A stretch of DNA of 63,417 nt, the filler included, from Octopus bimaculoides (lineage: Eukaryota): NCBI RefSeq assembly GCF_001194135.2. It is 8 parts of 8 records of this genome, joined end to end, with 100 filler letters (N's around TTAATTAATTAA, not from the genome) between each part and the next. Parts side by side here need not be neighbours in the genome. Positions count along the whole stretch, not along the records: positions 49,762 to 56,078 come from NC_069007.1; positions 56,179 to 59,245 come from NC_068998.1; positions 59,346 to 61,875 come from NC_068982.1; positions 61,976 to 63,417 come from NC_068989.1; 4 more parts are not named here. One strand, 5' to 3'. The notes below the pieces were generated by a model. It was not told the DNA's origin and searched no databases. It saw nothing but the letters and a program-made list of their open reading frames with translations. Positions 54,105 to 63,417 of the stretch are shown here, piece by piece. Each line of letters begins with the position of its first letter. Positions within the stretch are counted from its first letter, which is position 1. The position numbers and the translations under genes were made by a program.

Positions 54105-54572
54105 TTATACGGGTGCCTGACTGGCACCCGTGCCAGTGGCACATAAAAAGCGCCATTCAAGCGTGGTCAATACGAGTGCCACATGAGTGGCACCTGTGCT
54201 GTTGGTACATAAAAACATCATTTGAGCGTGGCCAATGTTAGTGCCACCTGACTGGCACCCATGTTGGTGGCACATAAAAAGCACCATTCGAACGTGGCCG
54301 ATGCTAGTGCCACATGACTGGCACCCATGCTGGTGGCACATAAAAAGCACCATTTGAAGGTAGCCGATGCCAGTGCCGCCTGACTGGCTCCCGTGCCGCC
54401 TGACTGGCTCCCGTGCCGGCCAGTGGCCCATAAAATCACCCACTACACTCTTAGAGTGGTTGATGTTAGGAAGGGCATCTAGCTGTAGAATCCTTGCCAA
54501 ATCAGACTGGAGCCTGGTGCAGCCTCCCAGCCTTCAGTCAAACCATCCAACGATGATGATGATGATGATGAT
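54105..54572 (+). mobile_element. Retroposon (RTE-like 3' end or SINE) with internal ~66-bp tandem array and (GAT)n tail
   Basis: GGTTGATGTTAGGAAGGGCATCTAGCTGTAGAA...AAACCATCCAAC(GAT)n. Related copies at about 51405-51590 (+), 56231-56420 (-) and 57155-57215 (-). Confidence 0.7.
54119..54440 (+). repeat. Minisatellite, ~66-bp unit x4 plus partial units
   Basis: GA(C/G)TGGC unit starts at 54119, 54185, 54250, 54316 and 54382. Confidence 0.9.
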
Positions 54573-54674
54573 AAATACAAAATTATTTTTTTATGGCCCC
54601 TTAAAATACTGCTGTGAATCCCCTATTTACTATTTTGCTTGTGTGGACCCCAAAACTCTTATATTACATTTCAG

Positions 54675-54846
54675 GGGAGTTTGAATGTTCCAGTGATGGA
54701 GATTCTGACTCTGGCAGTGATTTCGCCACCAATGACTGCACGGAGAACCTCTGCCTCCCAGCCCTCAACTACCTGAAGCAGTGTTGCCACATGTTGGCCT
54801 CCATGTGGAAAATGCCTCAGTCTCCGATTTTCAACAGTGCACACAG
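54675..54846 (+). CDS. ARFGEF3: ARFGEF3/BIG3 internal exon 5 of 5
   Basis: TTCAG acceptor, GTATGT donor, phase 1/2. (G)EFECSSDGDSDSGSDFATNDCTENLCLPALNYLKQCCHMLASMWKMPQSPIFNSAH resembles BIG3 DLCLPALDYLRRCSQLLAKIYKMPLKPIF. Confidence 0.93.
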
Positions 54847-55079
54847 GTATGTAAACAAACATTTCTCCGTAAACTTGTTACCTGTACAAATATGTTTGAA
54901 AAAGAATTTGAACTTGCAAGAGTGTCCTTCTTTAAACGTCAAATGGCTTTTAGGGTCCAACCAATTGAAATAGGGATCAAAGGGGTCTGTAGGCAAAAAA
55001 TGGCTGAGAACCTCTGCTGTAGACTAAAAGGTATAAACACCCCAGGTCTGTTCAGAGAGCTCCTGTCCAGATCGATGGT

Positions 55080-55450
55080 TTAGTTGGCACTCCGTCGCTT
55101 ACGAAATCGAGGGTTCCAGTTGATCCGATCAACGGAACAGCCTGCTCGTGAAATTAACGTGCAGGTGGCTGAGCACTCCACAGACACGTGTACCCTTAAC
55201 GTAGTTCTCGGGGGATATTCAGCGTGACACAGTGTGACAAGGCTGACCCTTTGAATTACAGGCACAACAGAAACAGGAAGTAAGAGTGAGAGAAAGTTGT
55301 GGTGAAAGAGTACAGCAGGGTTCACCACCATCCCCCGCCGGAGCCTCGTGGAGCTTTAGGTGTTTTCGCTCAATAAACACTCACACCGCCCAGTCTGGGA
55401 ATCGAAACCGCGAGTCCGCTGCCCTAACCACTAGGCCATTGCGCCTCCAC
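55080..55450 (-). mobile_element. tRNA-derived SINE family D
   Basis: Minus strand starts TGGAGGCGCAATGGCCTAGTGGTTAGGGCAGCGG...GGTTTCGATTCC (A and B boxes). Confidence 0.75.
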
Positions 55451-55689
55451 CCAGATCGATGGATGCAGGGATTATGGAGCAGTTATCTACTCAACTGCAT
55501 GGAATAGTGGTAAGGGAGGTAACTGTGAATTGACTATGACAGAGTTGGTTTATCTTACTTGATTCCTGTCAAAATACTTGGTCAGTGTATTGAGGCTGTG
55601 TTGTTGCTCTCTCTAGTACCAGTAATACGGTGAGGTGTATAATTAGAAATCAATAGTGGAGCTTTTACTTGTGTCAGTCATTGGACTGC

Positions 55690-56030
55690 GCCCATACTGG
55701 GGCACTGCCTTGAAAGGTTTTAGTTGAATGAAACGACCCCAGGACTTGTTTTTTAAAGCTGGGTCCTTGTTTTATCAGTCTCTTTTTTTTTTTTTGCCAA
55801 AGCGCTGAGTTTATGGGGACATAAACAAACCAACACCGGTTGCTAAGCAGTGGTGAAGGACAAAGACACACACACTCACACGCACATGACAAGCTTCTTT
55901 CAGTTTCCATCTACCAAATCCACTCAGGCTGAGGCTTTAGCAGAAGACACTTTCTTGAAGTGTCATGCAGTGGGATTGAACCCAGAACCATGTGGTTGGA
56001 AAACAAATTTCTTACCACACAGCTTACACC
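55690..56030 (-). mobile_element. SINE family B, long copy
   Basis: Reverse complement of family B head and body. Further fragments at about 14010-14090, 56507-56555 and 57620-57770. Confidence 0.75.
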
Positions 56031-56178
56031 TGCACCTAATTAAATTTTTTTAATTTATTTTATTTTATTTTATTTTATNNNNNNNNNNNNNNNNNNNNNN
56101 NNNNNNNNNNNNNNNNNNNNNNTTAATTAATTAANNNNNNNNNNNNNNNNNNNNNNNNNNNNNNNNNNNNNNNNNNNN

Positions 56179-56212
<34 letters not shown>

Positions 56213-56564
56213 TATATAATATTATCTATACATCATCATCATGATTTAATGTCTATTTTCCATGCTGGAATGGGTTGGATGATTTAACAGGAATTGGCAA
56301 GCAGGAGACCTGCACCAGGCTCCAACTGTCTGTTTTGGTATAGTTTCTATGTTTAGATGCCCTTCCTAATGCCAACCACTTTACCGAGTGTACTGGATGC
56401 TTTTTATGTGACACCAGCACATGTGTGTGATTTTGTGAGTGTGTGTGTGAGAGAGACAGTGTGTGTGTATGTGTGTGAGTGTGCATATATACATATNNNN
56501 NNNNNNACATGGTTCTGGGTTCAGTCCCACTGTGTGGCACCTTGGGCAAGTGTTTAATGTCTAC

Positions 56565-57022
56565 ATGCACTACCTACCTGATAAGAAACTCAGACACTTC
56601 GATGTCCCTGGTGATGGACCTGATTCACTTGGAAGGATCGTTGTCAATCATGGCCTGGATCTAGCCAACAAATTCAGGAGTTCTTTTCTTATCAGAATGA
56701 TCAGAGTGAGTTTTCCGAGCTGCCATACCTTCGTTATCACCATTAGACTCTTCGATCTCTTTCTGAATCCTCTGCACTGTCCTCAGATTCACACCTAAAC
56801 TCTCTGAAATGTTCATATTGGAGCTTCCGGCGTAAATGCCAAACAGTACAGCATGCTGTTTCCAAATTTCTGGCAAAGTGAATTGTGTCATGGTGCTGTT
56901 TTTCTCACAGATGGTGCCCAATTAGCCCTACTATACTGTGTAGTCAACAAAACCAAAAACAAACAATGCACATGCATGAAATTAAAAATATAAAATGGTG
57001 ACAATTTACCCATCGCACCCTG
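56565..57022 (-). mobile_element. maT-like element 5' end with N-terminal HTH
   Basis: MTQFTLPEIWKQHAVLFGIYAGSSNMNISESLGVNLRTVQRIQKE. Terminus TA-CAGGGTGCGATGGG on the minus strand. Confidence 0.7.
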
Positions 57023-57304
57023 TATACAATTACAAAGCCCTACCTCTGCCTGTCTATGACTGGAAAAAATTGTTTTCATATTGATGTATACATATATGAA
57101 GGCAATGAAACAAAAAGAATAAGATTCTAGGCTTTGGCTAGCATTGATATATCACTATCATCATCATCATTTTTTTATGTTGGTTTTTCTATGCTGGCAT
57201 GGGTTGGATAGTTTCCTGAGGTATTGCTTTGCTTTACAGTGAGATACACTTTGGAAGCATTGTGAAAATAGGTTTTCCATTCACTTCATCTTTCTGTCTA
57301 TCTA

Positions 57305-57335
<31 letters not shown>

Positions 57336-57580
57336 ATTAATCGAAGTGTACAGCATTACATATCCATTACAGCCAATCTTACACTTCAATTAATATACCC
57401 AGTCTACTGACAGATATACAAGTGCATTTTTTCCTGATTTATGAACTCTTAGACAGCTTACAATACATACATACATACATCAATGCATACAAACACATAC
57501 ACACATTAGTGTTTGCTTTTATGTCGAGTTATAATAAAAACAGTTTAAAATTAAACTCTGTAATTTGGGCCTACAAGCCT

Positions 57581-57614
<34 letters not shown>

Positions 57615-59112
57615 TTACAATGGGCTTCTTTCAGCTTTTCACAAATTCACTCACAAAGTTTTGGTCAGCAAAGGGTTATAGTAGAAGATACTGTACAGTG
57701 GATTTGAACTTAAAACCATATGGCTGGGAAGTAAGCTTTTTAAACCACACAACCACATCTGCACCAAGCCCCAGAGGCGTGATACATGTGATTGATGGCC
57801 ATAATTAGCTTATGCACAGACACAGACACACACACACACACACACATGCACATGCGTGCACACACATACACATGTGTGTGTGCACAAAGCCAGATGGGAA
57901 AAATGATATATTGCAGACACAACCGATTCATATTAGCAAGAATCTAGATGTAATTTTACGTCGATGTTCTCACAATTTAATCAAATTTCACTTCGTACTC
58001 TTCTTTCTAAAGATAGTGTCATAACTTTTTTTCAGTTATAATTCTGTGAAATTTAAACTGCTGGCAATCCTTGTGTATCTGTATGTGTGTATGTGTGTGT
58101 GTTTCATTATTGTTATTTTTATTGTTATTACTTACACTATATGAATGACTGATTGAAGTATATTGAGCAAGAATCAGTATGAAAGCGTATAATTATATGA
58201 GTTATTAAATTTCTTAACCAAAGATTTTATTCCTGCATCCAGAAATTCTATTTATAACAAAATTTCACAGTGCAGTTCTTAGATAGAGTTATAAAGTATT
58301 TTCAAATTTATTTGAATTAAAATTGATATTTTGGTAGCAGTTACAAACACAATGAGTAATGCATGAGTGCATACATACATACATGCACACATATGGACAA
58401 ATAGACAATAATAAATATATAAACATAAATTTACATAAAATTTATGCTGGTGAGATACAGCTGAGATACAGGTGAGATAAAAGGTAAACTCTGGTAGGAA
58501 CTTTGCTTGTTAGCTCAGATGAAAGAGTATGTAGACAGGGGAGAAAGCATAAAGTGTTTGTTGCTTACTTGTAGGTGAAGGTTTGTCAATCAACCAGATA
58601 TGACAATTATTAAAATGCTTTAGATTGATGAGTTGATATAAAAATATATTTTAGAAAGTATGACAATAAGCAGTTTCTTAAAAGGCGGACAGATCTGCAG
58701 TAGATCTAGAGTTGAGAGGGCATGTCAGTGATGAAGTTATGAATAGCTGCAAAAGGACTTCAACAAACCTAGCTAATTGATTGATTGACTGAATCAAAGA
58801 GTCATTTAGTTAATTGGGTAAATGTCAAACTATTTGATTAATAATAATAAAAGCAGTAAAATAAAAGTTTACACAAAAGAAGTGAAACAGAGCCAGTATG
58901 TTTATTTATTATTGGCATAATGACCTTAGCAAGATGCAGCCAAATCTGATTCAACACATGATTTCAATTTAAGAATCTTGGAAACCAAATACAAAAGATG
59001 AAATTCCTTATATGTTAATTAGTAATGCCCCCACCCCATTATGGCATTTATCATGATCTTGACCAGTCATTCCTCTTTCTCCGTTCTTCCATTCTCCGAA
59101 CTTTCCATCTTT

Positions 59113-59140
59113 CCGACGAAGGGCTACGCCCGAAACGTCA
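59113..59140 (+). ncRNA. Minimal hammerhead-like motif, U4C variant
   Basis: CCGACGA-A-GGGC(TAC)GCCC-GAA-ACGT-C. Downstream sequence is homologous to the 17141 copy. Confidence 0.45.
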
Positions 59141-59345
59141 TACACTCTCTCTTTCCTTTCCTGAGCGTCCAATAATACTATCCATATCACGTCCTCACCT
59201 TGTTGTTTTTTTGTTTTTTTGTTATTGTGTTTTTGAACTATATATNNNNNNNNNNNNNNNNNNNNNNNNNNNNNNNNNNNNNNNNNNNNTTAATTAATTA
59301 ANNNNNNNNNNNNNNNNNNNNNNNNNNNNNNNNNNNNNNNNNNNN

Positions 59346-59419
<74 letters not shown>

Positions 59420-61431
59420 CATATAAACAAATTTCGAGTCAACAAAGACGAATAACAGACGAGGTTACTTAACGAGCATCTAATTAAACATAGCTTTGGA
59501 TCGGCTTTCAAACATAGACGCACAAAGGCAGACATAGCATTAGCTGTCGTGTTTCACTCAGATCAATCATACTCTAACATAAAAAAGTATATATGGGATA
59601 TGGTGATCCAGAACACACACACAAAAAAAATTGATGGTCATGGTTGGGATGTCTTTAATTACGAGTCTGTCTCATAGATGATGGTCTAGGGCTGAATGCC
59701 AACAATAAAAAATAGCAACAGCGGTTATGACAATGGATCATAAACCTGGCGTTTAGCTCTGGATTTAGCAATGATAAGTAGATATAAAATGAACTTTTCA
59801 TATTCCAATATTCCCAGAAAATCCCAACCCTCTTTGCCAGGTGAACTAAAAAGTGTAAAATTTGAGTTTCTGTGCAATTTCAGCAAAACGCCTGCAACAC
59901 TCATAGCCGGAATATTGATCATCCAATATCTTATCCAGTCCGGCGCTGTTTATCCCTAATTTAAGTGTATATTTTACATTTATGACCTAAACTTATCGCA
60001 AAAGTCACGCATTCAAATTATTTGGAATCGTTGATATATCTGTGAATCTTTTTATTAGTTTATAAAAGATTTAAAATTTCTCCTGGAAAACAAAACAAAA
60101 CTTACATTAAAATATTTTGCTTCCCGACTTAAAAATTGACGATTTTCTCGATTTAACATGGCTTTGATCCATGATTTTAATCCATGGTCGAACTTGGAAT
60201 TCGTTTGTTTCTTCTCTGCGGTTTTGACCACAAGCACAGTTTTATTTCGTTTGCAGATGAAGACAATTGAATTTCAATTTCTATGGAATAAGTTGTCGAT
60301 CACAGTGTTTAGGAATATTTAGTAAAAGAACACCAATACACCGCTTCAAAGGCTGACAGTGTATACAAAAATACGCTGTGAAAAATTGTCCCGAAGTTAC
60401 GTTTAATCTCCAGTCATTCCTACCCGTTAATGATCCAGGTGATTTCCATCCATACTAGTGTGTTCTTTTGAAAATCACAAATGGATTGCGATTAACGGAA
60501 ATTCAAACTATTTTTAAGATATATCCTTTAACTCACTGTGTCTCTGCGCTTAATATTAACATTAGAAATGGTATTATTTTTTGTTTGAACTTCAAGCCAA
60601 TTGATCCTTGTCCTTTGCTGTAATCACCTCATCATTTGGGATCAAGTTTATAACGCTATTACATGATACGTATTGCCAGAAATATGATTTTATGATAAAC
60701 CAAAATGTCGCTGAAGTTAAATGTCACCGATATCCTAAATAAATGTTGGTTTCTGGTGTGTATCAAAACTGAAAATGGAAAACTAGCAAGACTGAGAATT
60801 ACATGACACTTTTTTTTCTGTATTTTCCCTATCAGCTTATCTTAGCTTGTTCTGTTGCTTTATTGATAAATCTGTGCTTTATCGTTTGGGAAAGCCAACA
60901 TCTTTTACTATTTCTCAACAGAAGTACAATTGTTAAGACGTTACGATAAATTCTACAATGTCATTTATTACAAATAACTACCATACCAGCCAACATGGGT
61001 CGTCTATACGATTGCTTGCCCTGTCAAGAATAGCTGTAAAATCTTTCTCAAATTACAGTCTACTGTAGTCTTAGATATAGTATGTCTGAAAACAAAAGCA
61101 GGGCAGTCATAGCGAGAATGCTTTTATTAGAAAAATGGTCTGCTTGAACAGCGCAGACAAAAGCTTAAGCAACGACAAAAATATCGTCAAAAATTACTCA
61201 AATATCTGAATAAGTTTTTATGTATTATCAAGCATTGAAAACAGATCCGAACTACTACAGTTTAACTCTCACAAACATCAGTATTAAGACAAATTTCCAT
61301 GCACTCAACATGTTCTAGTTTTCAAATAGTGCAGACACTACTAGAGGTAACATAATGCAACACAACTAAGCTTCTTTTATATTCAAAACAATTCACACCA
61401 ATGCCACTACACCATATGCAAAACACGGACA

Positions 61432-61530
61432 TACGGCGTAGTGATTAAAAGCGCGGGCTACTAACCCCAAAATTCCGAGTTCGATTCCAGGCAGTGACCT
61501 GAATGATATTAATAATAATAATAATTAATT
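61432..61530 (+). mobile_element. Short tRNA-derived SINE with (AAT)n tail
   Basis: GGCGTAGTGATTAAAAGCGCGGGCTACTAACCCC...GAGTTCGATTCCAGGCAGTGACCTGAAT then AAT repeats. The 3' half recurs inverted at about 22165-22190. Confidence 0.7.
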
Positions 61531-61994
61531 CGTTTTATTGGCCACACGAGCTAATATCAATTAAAAACATGTAAGGACAAAGATAGGACGAAGGTTACAA
61601 AAGGTTTTGTCCGAAAAGGTAGGAAAGTTCGTCTAAACAGAGGAAGAAAACGGAGAAAGATATAATAAATAAATAGATAAATAAATAAGTAGAACTCCCA
61701 AAGGGGGAAAAAGGAAAGGTTACACGTGGAAAAACCCATAAAACCACGGGAGCCTGGTCAGAAAAAATAAGAAAGGGGTATAGAGCCCTTTCTCCTTTTA
61801 CATTACCTTTCTTTTTTTTTTTTCTACAAGTGTATTCTCAGAATTGGTCCGTTTATACTGGCCATTCTTCCAACANNNNNNNNNNNNNNNNNNNNNNNNN
61901 NNNNNNNNNNNNNNNNNNNTTAATTAATTAANNNNNNNNNNNNNNNNNNNNNNNNNNNNNNNNNNNNNNNNNNNNATATATAAAAATAAAAGTA

Positions 61995-62210
61995 AAGGCG
62001 TTTAGCTGGCAGAAATGTTAGCACGCCGGGTGAAGTGCTTAGCGCTATTTCGTCTGTCGTTACGTTCTGAGTTCAAATTCCGCCGAGGTTGACTTTGCGT
62101 TTCATCCTTTCGGCGTCGATAAATGAAGTACCGGTTGCGTATTAAGGTCGGTCTAATAGACTGGCCCCCTCCCCCAAAATTTCGGGCATTGTGCCTAGAG
62201 TAGAAAAGAA
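61995..62210 (+). mobile_element. SINE family A
   Basis: Shared head and body. Confidence 0.85.
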
Positions 62211-63417
62211 GGATCTAGTCTTTCTCATTCGCAAAATAAGCCCCACCTTAATTTTGCTCAGATTGCTTTCAATTTTAGTGCATTGATGCAACCCTGAATT
62301 TTGATTACCTTCAACCAATTACTTTGTCTCACAAATTAAAGAATCTGACGTTATTTGGAATTAAAGTTGGGAAATTTGGGTAATTTTAGCCAAGCAACAC
62401 ACAGCATGGCATTAGCAGCTTGTTATCATGACAACCGCACGCTGTGTTGTAGTTCACTGCTGTCTATGATGATTTGTCGCACTCAGTATTTTTACATATT
62501 TTTCATTTCATATATTTTTGGGACTCATTGACTCAGATAGCTGGATTTATGATTTCACTAGGTTAATTCTATTCATAAAAATTTTAATTGAAAGTATTTT
62601 TTAAACTGTTAGCTTCACATTTCAACAGCGTAACTGAAATTTAACCCACATAAAAGGAACTGAGAGGGATATCGTGGAACAGAGAAACTGTGGGGGATAC
62701 AGCTAATTTGACATTATTTTTGAATTCTGCATGCAAAAACGTATACGATACGAGTATTCTTTTCCTTGGGACAAATTCTTTGTTGACCAGTGTTATTCTT
62801 ATCGTAGTTTACAAATCTAAGCATGAAAACGTTACTCAACTTTGGAGTTTTGAAGACAGACGGCCACTTCACACACACACACACACATACATGCACACGC
62901 ATACACACACGCACACGCACACACACACATGCACTTATATATTAATGATGTACGTAAATAGATGGCAGGTATACATAATACTGAAGGATGCATAACATAA
63001 ACACATCCAGACAAATATATTAATATTACACATTTTTAAAAATGATAAAAACATACAATCAATGAAGAGACAAAAGAAACAGTAAGCGACACATGTTGAT
63101 TTTATTAGGTATTTCTGTTTCTTTAGAAAACTACAATGAACAGGTTAGACGCTAAACTATAAATTTCACAGGGTACAACCTTAAAGTTGACAACGCTCCG
63201 CTAAACGCAGAAAATGTCTGTCTCGCTATTGGCTAAAAATAGCCAGTTTCTATGATTTTTAAACATCTGTAACTTTTTGTCCAATTTTTTTTCTACACAA
63301 CATCATACCTTTAAAGCAATGAGACTGGAGGGGTACATTCTTACAGTCGATTTTAAAAAATACATATTTTGCGAATGAAAAAAACTAGACCCCAGAAGTA
63401 TATATATATATGTATAT

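Noticed and set aside
54119-54440. Array as a CRISPR-like locus
   Set aside because: Whole units are homologous with no unique spacers, and the context is a eukaryotic intron.
59400-60300. Possible decayed transposase on the minus strand (FLGILEYEK, RQVYD, MIHCHN-like words)
   Set aside because: Motifs fall in different frames and resemble hAT only weakly; needs a TBLASTN/HMM search.
61432-61500. Functional tRNA gene
   Set aside because: No convincing acceptor stem, an (AAT)n tail and a second partial copy indicate a SINE.

Overview
AT-rich, gap-ridden, microsatellite-dense eukaryotic genomic DNA. The SINE and microsatellite content resembles octopus (coleoid cephalopod); this is an inference, not checked. 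The only host gene I can support is five consecutive internal exons (+ strand, 50004-54846, 1062 nt, consistent GT-AG phases) of ARFGEF3/BIG3. The rest is repeats: several tRNA-derived SINE families, mariner and maT-type Tc1/mariner remnants, piggyBac-like (TTAA) and other MITEs, R4/Dong-like LINE RT fragments, and Penelope-like element (PLE) RT and GIY-YIG fragments. Seven 100-nt N44-TTAATTAATTAA-N44 spacers are assembly linkers, so adjacency across them is not guaranteed. The most interesting signal is a set of minimal hammerhead-ribozyme-like motifs (about 17141, 22015, 48279, 59113; partial or permuted at 5869, 19583, 21450). They sit in short repeats that end on (TA)n/(TAA)n microsatellites, and some form long inverted duplications. 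This fits known PLE-associated hammerheads and may represent non-autonomous PLE-derived families. I cannot show cleavage activity or novelty from sequence alone. Most ORF-track entries are artefacts of N runs or microsatellites.
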